Shown: positions 43,473-56,600 of the stretch, piece by piece | Layout of the letters: each line of letters starts with the position of its first letter | Numbering within the stretch: the first letter of the stretch is position 1 | From: Podarcis bocagei | Lineage: Eukaryota | Assembly: GCA_964188305.1 (NCBI GenBank) | Contig: OZ076898.1 | DNA: 64,000 nucleotides | Direction: 5' to 3' (one strand) | The notes under the pieces: generated by a model | What the model saw: only the letters and a program-made list of their open reading frames with translations | What the model was told of the DNA's origin: nothing | Databases searched by the model: none | Program-made: the position numbers and the translations under genes

Positions 43473-46400
43473 TCACTGCATCCCACTCCACTGCAAGGAC
43501 GTAAAGACTGCAGTCCCATCCTGGTCCACCGAACAAAGAAGCACCGTCTTCTTCACGTTGGTGCCGAGGCGTCCTGCGCTGACAACATCACACAGGGAGA
43601 GAGGGGTGTCTTTAGAGACACACAGGGCAATGTAATGGGCATGGAAACGCATGGGGTCACCTGTAGGAGGGAGGGAAGGAGAAAGGTGGGGTTAGAAGAC
43701 GAAAATAGCCCGTTGGCTTCCTCCCTCCTTAACAATCGCTCTTCATGAGAGCCAGTGTGGTGTAGTGGTTAAGAGCGGTAGATTTGTTATCTGGGGAACC
43801 GGGTTCGCATCTCCGCTCCTCCACATGCAGCTGCTGGGTGACCTTGGGCTAGTCACACTTCTCTTAAGTCTCTCAGCCCCACTCACCTCACAGAGTGATT
43901 ATTGTGGGGGAGGAAGGGAAAGGAGAATGTTAGCCGCTTTGAGACTCCTTAGGGTAGTGATAAAGCGGGATATCAAATCCAAACTCTTCTTCTTCATTCT
44001 AGAACGAAGCCATTTTGAATTTTGCCGCAGCAAAAAATGTCCTTGAGTCAAGGAAAGGGCGAGTCTTTTTTCCTAAGGGTAGCAGCAACCACTACCTGCC
44101 CAGCAAGAACCCTGGGAGAAGCAGCGCTGCAAAAAAAAGGGGAGCTAAGTGCTTGGGATTTTGTAAGTTTGTGGCAGGCGGGCAAAGTCCCTTCTACCAT
44201 CAGACCACTGTCAATACCAGGGGTGGGGAACTTTTCGGCTTTGTGGGTCAAAACTTTCAGGCATCAAATCCACCTATCACATGATGACATCATCATGATG
44301 TCACCCACATGTCAAATGCATAGCTTTGCAAGTCTTCCTACTTTAAACACTCGATTTCAGAAGACTATGCTGGCTGGCCGTGGCTCTCTAGTTTCAGATA
44401 GAATTTCCTGCCTGGAAGGCAAATCGAATAGCATGGCAAGAAACTTGCACAGAGGCATTCAACCCTGCCATAATTTGTTGCATATTCCCTCTTCAGAGTT
44501 CTATCTACACACACATGTTCTTTAATTTCTGCACTTCCCTTAATTCCAAGGAGATTTCAGGGCAATGCACAGCAAACCAAGGAAATACAGTATTTTATTC
44601 TGTAGACATTACTCCTCAAACCATTAGAGTACTCCTGCCTTCCCCATTTTCAGCAGACCTGTATTCCCTATAGAAGGGAAAGCTGCTATTCACTGCAAAG
44701 CAGAACAGGACTCTGAATCTCCGTGTGCAAGGACAGAGGGAGGCATTTATTTATTCAAGACGGGGCCAGGAATCATGCCTGCCTCTTTAAATACCTCTCA
44801 CCCTTCTAACAGAGGGCCGGCTAGGCCTTTCAGCAAATATTCCATTCACTCCTGGGCTAAGAGGCAAAAACGCAGGATAAGATTGCTCAGCTTTTTATTA
44901 TTCACATTTGCCTTTGTGACGCAGGAGAGTTTTGATATCATGCTCTCTGCTCAGAGGGGCAGACTCTGAAAACCATAGCATTTGTCACCCCACCCCACCC
45001 CCGGCTTGGATTCCCCAAGATCCACAAGCCTGCCACTACCTGGATAAACAAGGAAGTCGCCCCCAAATTTGCTCCCACTGGTGATGTAGTAGCCCCGTTC
45101 CCAAAGATTCTGGAAAATGCAGTAACGTATCTCGTGCTCCTCCTGTCCAGCATATGGCCAGTCTTGGGATGGGACATGCCAGTCCACCTCTTCTTCTGGG
45201 CCTGGATGTACTCGTTCTGTTGGGAGCTGGACCATCATAGATTGTCGTGGAAGCACAAAGGTGGATTCCGGTTCTGCAGGAGGATCTGGAAATATAATAC
45301 AGAGTGGCTTGTAACGGGCTACCTTAGGACTACCTTCTTCCATGTATTCCCTCCTGTGGCTGTGGCCCTTGTCTAGTCATTACCACCAACAGCCTGAGCT
45401 ATAACAGATAAGTACCAGGGCAGGTCCTTCTTGGTTGTGGTGCCAAGATTAAGCAAAGCTCTCCCCAAGTGAAACCCACCTAGATCCTTCCTTTAAGTAT
45501 TTCCTTATTCAGCTAAGATGTGGTTAGACATCTAGTTAGCCACTGAGAGCAAAATGCTGGACTAGAGGAGCTACTGGCCTGATGCAATAGGCTCTTCTTT
45601 TACAGAGATGTTTGGGGAAAGCTGGCTATTATGGTTTTCTTTGACGGTGCTCCAAAAAAGCAAGCAGGTTGGCTTTCCCTTGCCGCATCTTGAAAACAGC
45701 CCTGCTGGATCAGGCTGAAGGCCTAACTAGCCCAGCATCCTGTTCTCACAGCAACCAGCCGGGAAGTGGGAAGCCAATAAGCAGGACCAGCGCTCAAGAG
45801 CCCTCTCCCCTTCTGCAATTTCCAGCAACTGGCATTCAGAAGCATTGTTGCCTCCAACTGTGGAGGCAGAGCATAGCTCTCATGACTACAGTAGCTCAGT
45901 TGGTAGAGCATGAGACTCTCAATATCAGGGTCGTGGGTTCGAGCCCCACATTGGGCAAAAGGATTCCTGCATTGAAGCAGGTTGGACTATTTATTTTTAT
46001 TTTTTATTTATATACCACCCTATACCCGGAGGTCTCAGGGCAGTTCACAGAACAAAATCAAAATATAAAATCACAATATATAATCAAAATAAAAACAACA
46101 ACCCAATAACACCCCCCCTTCACATTCCACAGTTCTATGACTAGTAGCCACAGGCAGTCTTACTCTCCATGAATTTGTCTAATCCTCTTCTAAAGTCATC
46201 CAAAAATCTGTCGTTATTGTGCCCTGAGTGCTGGTGCCACAACTGAGGAGAAAACATTTTTCTCTGTCCTCCATAGGTTCTGGGACTACCACTCCCATCA
46301 GCCCCAGCCAGCACTGCCAATAGTCAGGGATGATGGGAGTCGAGTCCAGGAACATCCAAAAGGCCACTGTTTCCCCACCCCTAACCTATACCAATCATAG

Positions 46401-47653
46401 GGACGCGGGTGGCGCTGTGGTCTAAACCACTGAGCCTCTTGGGCTTCCCAACTAGAACGCCAGCAGTTCGAATCCCTGCGACGGAGTGAGCTCCCGTTGC
46501 TCTGTCCCAGCTCCTGCCAACCTAGCACTTCGAAAGCACACCAGCACGAGTAGATAAATAGGTACCACTGCGGTGGGAAGGTAAACAGCGTTTCCATGTG
46601 CTCTGGCACTCGTCGCAGTGTCCCGTTGCGCCAGAAGCTGTTTAGTCATGCTGGCCACATAAACCGGAAAGCAGTCTGTGGACAAACACCGGTTATCTCG
46701 GCCTGAAAGCGAGATGAACACCGCAACCCCACAGTCGCCTTTGACTGGACTTAACCTTCCAGGAGTCCTTTAACTTACCTCCTGCAGCTTCCTGGGGCAC
46801 TTCCAAATAAAGCAAAATAGTTGCCACATAGCAAACGTTGACGCTCACCTCCCTCTTCCTGCCGCCGTTTCTTTGCCCGGCCCTGGGCTATACATTCCGC
46901 AAGAGTACCCAGCACGGCTTTCCTCTGTTCAGCCGCCAGCCGAACCTGCTCCTGATAGCTCTCCTCTTGCTCGTTTTGGTAGGCGGCCACCTCCTCAAGG
47001 GCTGAAGGATCCTGCAGGCACAGAGAAGCAAGTTCAGCGCTGCCCATTCTCTGACCACATCCACACCATGCATTTAAATCACCCACAGGCACATACATGT
47101 CCACAGAGACCTTCCCTGGTGTCCTCTGGGTCCTCAAGCCACCCCAATGAAATTAGGCTTGAAAAAAGTATTCTGTTTTAGCCAATATAATAAGTTGCAG
47201 TGTGTGCTCAGTTGCAGCGTGTGTATGGGGCCCACAACAGTGCCTCTGGTTTGCAAATGTGCCCTGGGCTTCAAAAAGGTTGGTGGCCCATGATCTACAC
47301 TGCACAGTTTGCAGCAATTAAGCAGAGCATCCTTCACTTTTGCTCCAGGTTTGGGGGTTTTTCTTCTTTTTTAGAGAACTAGCAACAATTGGTTGAACCA
47401 TCACCTGGCTTTTATCATCTCGAAGGGGTTGGGACGCTGCGTTTTTGAACAAAGCTGCCAACCCCTTTTCTGCCAGTAGCCGGACCTCTTCCGGGAGCAG
47501 CTGCAGGGGCAGCCCCAGCCGCACATTCTGCCGCGGCTTCCGAGCCAACGCTCCAACCAGTGTGCCGACAATACGATGCTCCTCCCGCAATCTCCGCGCA
47601 TCAGCAGCATTCCACACAAAAGCCTCTCCCTCCAAGATATGGATTCGGATCAT
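43473..47653 (-). CDS. TSEN34: tRNA-splicing endonuclease subunit Sen34, about 281 aa, 4 coding exons
   Basis: Exons on - strand: 47653-47405, 47011-46849, 45285-45040, 43660-43473. GT-AG introns, phases consistent (846 nt). Motifs [55 protein letters not shown] and GRLGTNVKK contain the catalytic Tyr/His/Lys residues. Confidence 0.94.
43748..43995 (+). mobile_element. Squamate tRNA-derived SINE (Squam3-like) with (CTT)n tail
   Basis: GAGAGCCAGTGTGGTGTAGTGGTTAAGAGC A-box head, GGGTTCG B-box, ends AAACTCTTCTTCTTC. Older relatives at about 42195-42405 and 53678-53890. Confidence 0.7.
45885..45990 (+). mobile_element. tRNA-Lys(CTT)-derived SINE (not a functional tRNA)
   Basis: TAGCTCAGTTGGTAGAGCATGAGACTCTCAATATCAGGGTCGTGGGTTCGAGCCCCACATTGGGC with damaged acceptor and anticodon stems, followed by a GATTCCTGCATTG...GGTTGGACTA CR1-like tail. 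Confidence 0.75.
46400..46779 (+). mobile_element. Sauria SINE in TSEN34 intron
   Basis: GGGACGCGGGTGGCGCTGTGGTCTAAACC head, GTTCGAATCC B-box, 3' end ...GGAGTCCTTTAACTTACC. Confidence 0.8.
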
Positions 47654-48599
47654 GCCTCGGCCTGTGCTTCCCTGAGAAGATGGGAAAGGAACAACCATAA
47701 AAATACTATAGCAATCACTTGACTTCAAGATTTTTTGGGAGGGTGGTGGGATCCACTCCTCTGAAAGGTTTTGCCAGCAGCCTTTGGGGTAAAGGCAATT
47801 GGTTGTCAGAGGTTCTTATACTAAGCACTAAAATGTACCTAAAATGGCAGAGGCAGGTTACTTTACTTTACTTTTTTTAAAAAAAAAAAGTGGGTTGGCT
47901 TTAATCTGCTCTCTCCACTATTTAATAGGTTTGTAATTTATGTAGTTTTATTGTTTATAAGAGTTCTCTTATGCTGCTTAAAGCAAAGCAGCATAATCTC
48001 TCTGCTCCCAGAACCCAAAATCTTGGCCAATCTCTTCTTTCTCCCTGAACAGAAACACAGCAGAAATACAATGGGTTGTAAGCATCCTGAATAAATTATG
48101 ACTGGTCCAGGGACATAAATAAGAATAAAATGGGTGGCAAGGTGGGGGGATGCTTGGGGTGCTTAAAGTGGATTGGTTGGGGCACCTCTCTGGAATAAAC
48201 TGTTTTATGCAAAGGGAAGCAAATACATGCAAATACATGCATATTGCACTGTAAGTCTGAAACTACACACACACTTAACTAGGCAATAAGCTTCAAGTTT
48301 CAGACAACAGCGATCATTATGACCAGCGGACCTTACGTCTGATCTTCGGATGAAGGTTGGTATACAAATTTAAGTAATTTATTTATTTATTTATTATTAT
48401 TATTATTAATATACCAGATGAAGAGTAGGCTGCTAATAAAGGTTGGGACGATGCACTCTCCCTCCCCTGGCTGACACAGCCTCTTCGTTTCCTGCAACAT
48501 CACCCCAAAATCAAGATCCTTCCCTAAATCACCAGCACCCCTGCCCCTTCCTCCTTCCCAGGACCCAGGAGTCCTAGCACCCTCCCCAACCCGTTTTAA

Positions 48600-49175
48600 T
48601 CCCATAAACCACTTTCACACCGGATCGCCTTTTGCTTTTAAGCCATGAGGCTCCTCTTGCGTGAGAATCCCGGAGATATTTTCCTCCCCTTAGTCCCCGC
48701 CCCTTGCTCTAAATGATCCTCCAATCACTCTTTCGCCACAGCCGAAGAGCTTGGAGTGATGGCTCCGGTATCCAATAGACGGTCGGAGAAGGAGCCAATG
48801 GCTTGGGTCTTGGGAAGACAGAGGCGGTGCAAAGGAGGAGGAGGAGGAGGAGGAGGAGGAGAAGAAGAAGGAGGGTGGGGAAGCATGCACACACCGCCTC
48901 CCCTTCCATCGCGCACAGTTCATTCTGCAAAGCAAAGGAAACTGTGCAAGGGGGACAGGAAGCGCGCACCTAAGATTGAGAAATTGTTTTGCAAGGCTGC
49001 TTGGAGGCGAAGGGGGAGGTGGGGCAGCCATCTCAGAAATGGATTTTGCAAGGAGCTGAGCTCTTTGCATCGCGCTCCTAGGCTGCTGCTTCTTGCCCTT
49101 CCCTCCTTCAGCCCCGCTCTCGATTCCCCCTTTGGGCAGCAGCACGTGCTGAAAGGGCCCTCCGAAGAGGTGAGT
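48600..49175. promoter_or_regulatory. Bidirectional TSEN34/MBOAT7 promoter, with a probable non-coding first exon of MBOAT7 ending at 49169
   Basis: CpG-enriched segment between the divergent genes. Three CCAAT boxes (48721, 48772, 48795), a (GGA)n tract, and a strong + strand donor GAG|GTGAGT at 49169/49170. Confidence 0.65.
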
Positions 49176-52062
49176 GCCGGGCGGGGTGGTTGATTTGGGA
49201 AAACGAGACTATGTGGTGCTGGCAAGCCGGACTCCTGGGTTCCATGGGAAAGGATGAAGCGGGTTTTAGTGGCTCACCAGTATGGGGCCTAAGGCTAGGA
49301 GCCAGGGCTCCAGGGTTCCCTAGATCGGTGTCAAACATAGATGGGGCAATTTTATTTTTTGCTCAGGCGTAAGATCTAGATGGGGAACAGATGACTTACC
49401 CAGGAGTATAGCGGGGATAAATAGGAGCCAGCACGTCTTGGTGCTCTATTTTCAGGTATTATACAGTGTAGTTATAGCCTTAATCACCCACCCGGGATGT
49501 GCAGCGCCAGTCTCCCTGAACCCTGCTTTTTGATAGATCTCTTCCTCACATTGCATTCAGTGTCCCCCCCCCCCATTTTAATCTGGTATGTGCATGCAAC
49601 ACCTACCTGAGGAATGATGCTGCCACTTATTTTCCCCTCTAGTTTCCCAGAGGATTAAAAAAAATATTCTTCCTTACATTCCTCATCAGATGAAAAACCC
49701 CACAAAAATATTTCCTGCTACCAAGGATTTCCCCCCTTTCATTTTGCGGTTGGTGGAGCCCTGGAAGTTGACGAGTCGTTGTGTTTTGCTCCTAAGCAGG
49801 CAAATGATTAGCTCTTACCTGTAACCCCAGATTTACTGGGGTTGTTTAGTGCTGTTAATTGGGGGAATGGATTCTGCACATACTCAGAGGTGCTAAATTT
49901 AGGGCTGAATATTCTTCTTGCTCTACTACAGGAATTCCGCTGAAGCTTTTCCACTTTGGGTATTCTAACCCAGCCAACCTGGGTCCCTTCAGATGTTTGG
50001 GACTTCAGCTCCCATCTGATGGATGGAGAGCGGGCAAGGAAGTATTTGGCAAAGGTTAAAGGAGCATTGCCATCATGTTTTCTAGAAAGTCTTCCAAGCA
50101 CAATTATAGCTGCACACAAGGGAGAAATTAAGTAGGTGGCATTTCTTTTCCCAATGGGAAAAAAATGGCTCAAGTTGTGCTTTGTTAAGAAATGAACAAA
50201 TGCAACTACAACATCCCTGGCATGTGGGCCTCTGCTGAAGCACCTCCAGCCTGCTCCACTGCCCAACAGCTGATACTGTCAGGAAGTTCCTCTTAATATT
50301 TATCTGCTTCCCTGCAGATTTGGATAGTCTTGCCCCCTGGAGCAACAGGTAACAATTCTGCCCTGTCTTCTGCATGCCAGCCCTTCCATATATGTGAAGA
50401 CTGCTTGCTTAATCTTATATTCTCTAGGTTAAACCTCTCCGGCTCTGTTGTCCCATCTTATTAAAACAAAAATTAAAACCTGTAGCTCCACTCCAAATTC
50501 TTCAGACGTTTAAGAAACTAGTAATTTCATATCAGATTTTTGCTTTAGGCAAGTTCCTTAGGCAACTCTAACTCAGAGTTGTTTTCCTTTTCCTTTTAGC
50601 CCTTGTTAACTGTTTTTATTCCTGCCTCCCATAATGTGCACTTCCCTCTGCACCATCAAGTCTCTCTGAACGGAGCACCTTCTCACCTGTAGCAGGGCAT
50701 GTCAAGACGTCTGTTCACTCCCTCTCAAAGGATCATGGGAACTGTAGTTTAACACAGAGCTACAATTCCCAGCAACCTTAACAAACTACAGGTCCTGGGA
50801 CTTTTCAATGTATGGAGCCTTAGATTCCATCACCCTCTTCAGTGTCTCTTCAGCTTAATTTCTTATCTACTTCCTATTTTCCTGTCCTTCGCATAACACT
50901 CCTGTCTATATACCTCCATCTGTTCCTCACACAGAAAACCACCCAACTTTCCAGGATTGTCTGCACTTTCTTCACCTAGCAGGGCTTCCTGCACCCTCTA
51001 CACCCACTTTAGTCCATGTCTTTGCTCTCAGCAACAATACCCTTGCCTACTTCAACAGCACACAAGGCTTTCCCTCACCCAGCAACTCATGTCAATGAAG
51101 GAGCCTTTGATCGAGGTGGGCCACGAAGCTGCAAATTTGCGGGGGAATTGGAGTCAGCCCCAGCATTTACCTCTGAATCCAGCAAAGGGGAGGAGATGTG
51201 TAGACATTGCGATTCTCTCATCCCTACGTAGGATGGGCTTGGGTGGACATTAGCTGTTCCTCCAAAGGTTTGGGTAAAAGTTGCAAGTAATGAGTATTTG
51301 GAATTCTCCCTCTACCCAAGGGATGCCAGGCAAAGTGGAATGGGCTGCAGTTGGCCTACAAAACTATGCATGGTACAAGCCTGCTGCAAACTCTCGTCTA
51401 GTGATTCACTGGAGGGGAAGAGTGTGTGTGTGTGTGTGTGCGTGCGTGCGCTTTCTGTGTGCGTCTCGCTGGACTTCTTAGATAGACACTTGCTTTTAAT
51501 CTAGCTGAAGGATTCCTATTTAAATATAGAAAGCATGGGGTGGAGGAGAGATGCGAGGGATTACAGGGAGACAAGGACATCAGCACAGAGGAACGGGGAG
51601 AAAGTGGCGGGGGTGGAGTGTGTGGAAACTGGTCTGGGTGTGTTCAGCTACAGTCATCCCCAGCGGGGACAGGAGGAAAGGGGGGTTGCCTTGCAATCTG
51701 TCTTTGTAAATGAAGCTTGGAATGTGGAAGGCTGGGAGCAAGGTAGAAAGAGAGCACCTGTACTTTTCAGAGTTGCACAAAATTCATTTTTTCCTCTTCC
51801 CTCCCTGTCCCTTTCCCCTTGTGTGTCGTGTCCCCCCCCCCCATATTATTATTGTAAGCCTGCAGATAGGGATTGTCTTGTTTTAATTGACTGTCCATAA
51901 GCCACTCTGGGAGCCTTTTGGGCTGAAGAGTGGGGTACAAATACAATCAAATCAATCAATAAAAAGAGGAGGGGGGTTTCCTCACCCAGCGTGCCTTCTT
52001 GTTTTGTTCTGTGCAACTCTGAAAGGTGTGGTAGCCTGCAGCTGACAGTTCTTTCTGTGTGT

Positions 52063-52192
52063 GAGCATGAGACTCCTAATCTCGGTGTTGTGGGTTTGAG
52101 CCCCACGTTGGGCAACAAGATCCCTGCATTGCAGGGGGTTGGACTAGATGACCCTCGTGGTCCCTTCTAACTCTACAAGCCTATGATTCTAT
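52063..52192 (+). mobile_element. 5'-truncated copy of the tRNA-Lys/CR1-tail SINE
   Basis: GAGCATGAGACTCCTAATCTC...GAGCCCCACGTTGGGC followed by GGGTTGGACTAGATGACC...CTATGATTCT. Confidence 0.75.
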
Positions 52193-54337
52193 TACTTGCT
52201 CCACTCTCCTTCTTAGAAGAAAGCGAAGAGACCTGGCTCATACCCTTGACCCCTGTTTGGTCCCCACAAGCTGCCCCACCTTTCAGTAGCCTGCACAATC
52301 CATAGGGAAGATGCTTAAGAAAAAGCAGATTTGTGACCTTTTAACACACGTAACATCCTAAGGCCCCATCTGCATGATATGTATGATATCGCTTTAAATG
52401 AATATTGTAGAAGTAGCCATAGAATGGTATAAAGCTGGACTACTCCATCTGGGGTGCTTTGAGTGGGGATTCCAATCCCAAAATAGAGTTGCCAACTTTC
52501 TCCCCCTGGCAGTGCTCGTCTGTACCTTTAACAAAGGGATGGGGAGCCTGTGGTCCCCCAGATGTTGATGGACTACAACTCTAGGAACTCCTAGCCACTA
52601 GCTACATTGGCTAGGAATTGTATTTCAACAACATGTGGAGGGCCACATGTTTCCCACCTAGCAGGCAGAAGTTGAACAGGTGGTGCCTTTCCTGCCACAG
52701 AGATGAAGTGATAGAATAAGCATGTTATATTTCTGCTGGCTGGACATCAGGCAAGGGTGGCTAGCCTGCAGTTCTTTAGGTATTGCTGGACTACAACTCC
52801 CAGCATCCCTGACTATTGTTTATGGTGGTTGGGGCTGATGGGAATTGCAGTCTCAACACCTGGAAGGCCACAATTTACTCCTGTGTTAAAGGCATAGGAA
52901 TGCTGTTCAGGGGAGGACCATGATTAGGGGTGATGAGTTGCATTCCAGTAATTCCACAAGCTCCCCATCCCTACCATAAGATTTGCAGAAGTACAAAAAA
53001 AACACACCTTCAAATAAGAGTCCCTAAGATCCTTTCTGGAAACAGGGGATAAAAGAAATTGGGGACATTATTAGGGAAACTGTGATCCTAGACACTAAAT
53101 ATTTTTTATTATAATTGTTTGAAAGGGGTAATGCTTCTCTTGCTGAGAAGGTTTACTTGCTGGTTGCAACCAGACGGATCATCTCACAAGGCTAGAGGGA
53201 AACGTCATATGTTTCTTCAGATGGATGGTATTCAGAAATGCTTTCTATTGGTGTCTCACAAAAACTTAACACATTACTTAAGACTTCTTTGAAGCCAAGT
53301 TGCACCAGAGGACTTTGCAGCAGTTTATAATCTGTATAAACAAACCACCACATCCAACTATTAATCCTTCTACGTTTGAGGTTATTTGGTGGAATTTGCA
53401 AACTTTCATCATTCGTTTCCGTAAGTTTGTCTTTCCAACAACCTGAAACTTGGGTGGGAATGGAATGGAGCAGTGTTCTTCAACCTTGTGTCCCCATTTG
53501 TTGTTGGACTACAACTCCCATCATCCCTGCCCCTTGGCTAAGCTGACTGGGGATGATGGGAGTTGAATGTCAACAATATCTGGAAGGCGACTGAGCACTG
53601 AGGAGAAGCCTTCCGCACAGGCAAGATCCATGCCAGGTCTCATCCTGTCATGACTGGTAGCCATTGACTAATACAGTGAGAGCCATCATGGTGTAACGGT
53701 TAGAGTGCTGGATTAGGAACTGGCAAACCCAGGGTTTGAATCCCCATGCAGCCATGAAGCTCCCTGGGTGAGCTTGTGCTAGTCCTGTTTCTCAGAGTTG
53801 TCGTGAGGATAAGACGAGGAGAGGAGAACCATGTAAACTGCCTTGAGCTCCTTGGAACAAAAGGTGGTCTATAAATGTAATAAATAATACATCCGCCCTC
53901 TCTGAATTCACTTTCTTCCCTAAATTGCATAAATTAATCAGGCATTGTGTGTGAAGAAGTCCTGTCTTTCCTTTGTCCTGAATATATTGCTCATCCGTTT
54001 CATTGGGTGACTATCCCCTCCCTCCCAGTCCCACCCCCACCCAAGTAGTAGCATGCTGCAAGATTATTGCTTTACGCCACCATCCCTTAGGTTTTCTCTC
54101 CTTTGATACCAGAATCCAGGTGCCTTGACAACCTTGCTTTTACCTTTCTGGTATAATATTAATATGCAGCCCCAGGCATCTGGGCCACTTCCTTCAAAGA
54201 TACTCACCCTACCTCAAACCAGCTGCTGGACCAGTAGCACAGCCTTCTCCCTGGTTCTTTCCAGTATTCCCAGCATTAATCTCTCCAAACCATTCTGCAC
54301 AGCCTGTTCTGACTCTCTGCATCTCTTGCCAGCCACA

Positions 54338-56542
54338 ATGTCACCCGATGAAGTCATCTACTTGGCAGTCCTTCTCGTTTCCATCCCCATCGGCTTCCTC
54401 TTCAAGAAAGGGGGTGAGTGCTAAATCTGGGTGGCCAAAGTGAGTTGGAGGAGATGACGTCGTGTCTAGGGGGGGGGCACAACTGTTTCAGAGTCAGATT
54501 TAAGCAACCCAGCATTGCCCAAGGACTCCTAAGGCCCTGAGATGAAGTTCTTTCTTTTGATATGTTGCATTTATATAGCTGTCCATCTATGCAGCGGTGG
54601 TCTATGTGTGTGTTTTTAATGAAGCGATACAGAAATCTTGCTAATTCCCCAGGTAGCAGGCAAACAAAACAGACAAAATCAATTCTCCAAAATACAAAAT
54701 ATCATGATTAGAAGTCAACAGTAAAAGGCCATAAAGCATACCAGAGCAAATGAAGCAGCTCAGATTTAAAACACAATTTAAAAGCCTGGCTGAGTAAGAA
54801 AATATGTTCACCTGGTGCTGAGCAGACCACAGAGAAGACTCCAGGAGAGCCTTTTTGGGGAGCACATATTGCAAGGTCAGAGTGGCACTACCAAAAATAC
54901 CCTCTCCTTGGTAGGGACACCTGTCGCTAGACTTATGAAAGGGATCTTAAGGTCCCAAGCTGTTTTGGGCTCTATAGATTAAAACCAGCACTTTAAACTG
55001 GGTCTGTAAATGGACTGGGAGGCAGTTAGCTGACAAAGTCCTGTCATAATAAGATAAAAATGCCCAGTTGCGGAGAATTCAGTATTCTGCTCAGTGTGGA
55101 TTTTACTATTCTGTAATGACAGGAGAATCTGCAGCCTTAGTAGAATTTTGTGCACCTTTAAAAGGTACAAGAGTCTGCACTGGTTGCTAGTATGTTTCTG
55201 CTCTGAATTCAAGCCTTTATCAGTAACACATAAAGGTGTTGAATGTTATTCATTGAGGGTGTAGTATTCTCCAGCCCAGGGTCCTTGGATTAAGGGCGGG
55301 CTATAAACTTATAAAAAAGATAAAATAATTAATAAGAATGGAATATTCCATTTGGGGTTTTTTTCTGGAGCTGAAGGATTGCCGGGGGGAGTGCAAACAA
55401 GAAATGGGGACTCCAAAAAGCTGCCTTATTCGAGATAAAACTATTTCTCCCTTTAGTTTAATGTTCTCCTTAGGAGCAGCTCTCAGTGGTCTTGGGCAGA
55501 AGTCTTTTCCATCACTTATTATCTGATCTTGAACAGGAAGTACTGTAATGGGAATTGACTGAATGGTTGTGCTGGGGGGGTGTCCTGTGCATGTAAATAT
55601 TTTGCTTTACCACCAAGGTCTAATCTCTCTTTCCCTGCATTCTCCTTTGTTGAACTGACTTGCAATCCCTAACTCCTGAACTCACTGGGTTGGATCTGTT
55701 CACAATAGGGGAATTTTTTCCATCTGCTTATTCCCCACAGACCTGAGGATCAAGCAGTTTGGAGGGGCAGCTGCGGGGCTCGTGCTCACGCTGGCCACCT
55801 GCCACATCCACACCCTCCACTCACTTATCACCATCTTGGGGACGTGGCTGATAATCAACATCTCACCAAGGTAAAGGAGGAAGCTGGGAGGTGGTGGAAT
55901 GGGAAACACCGGGGGGGGGGGGTATGCTTGTAGTTCTGTGTGGCGGGCCAGGAGGCCTAGTAAGATGAATCAAGACACCTTGCAAACGTGGTTTGGTTAT
56001 TTGCAGGTGGCTACAGTTTAGCAGGCAAGGTTGAGATTGCGGGAATCGGATCTCCCAGAATTTCTACCTCTGAGGTTTGAAAAGTTGAAATAATGGGGGG
56101 CTTAAGAGCAGGGCAGATAAGCCAGTGGTCCTCCAGAGGTTGGGCTACCACTGGCTATGCTGGCTAGGACGGATAGAAGTGGCAGTTGATTAGCACATAG
56201 AAGGCCACAGACATATGCCAGGTTTAGAGAAAAGAAGGTTTTGTCCCTTTTGACAATGAGACATAGAGCCAGGACCCTCAAAATGGGACAGACATCTACC
56301 AGATTATTACTTTACTGTCATTATTGTTGCTATATTTATTACCTGCCCTTCAGCCTAAAGTCACAGGGCAGGTTACAAGAATTTTAACTTCAACATTAAA
56401 AACACACAGTTTGAAAAAAAATACAGTCTGGGGAAAGAAATAGGGCAGGTCTTGAAAATGTATATCTTCAGTAAATTTACAACATTAGGATATTGGTCAG
56501 TGAGAATGGAACAGCCAGAGTAGAGTGTGTGTGGGGTGTGGA

Positions 56543-56600
<58 letters not shown>

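Noticed and set aside
45885-45957. Functional tRNA-Lys gene inside the tRNA-splicing gene TSEN34
   Set aside because: Acceptor and anticodon stems are broken and it continues into a SINE tail with other copies in the window. The location is coincidental.
46779-46799. In-frame 21-nt TSEN34 micro-exon (VPQEAAG)
   Set aside because: It would need a 49-nt upstream intron, below the usual vertebrate minimum.
48690-49225. 145-151 aa ORFs on both strands
   Set aside because: GC-rich promoter with a (GGA)n tract producing low-complexity spurious ORFs.
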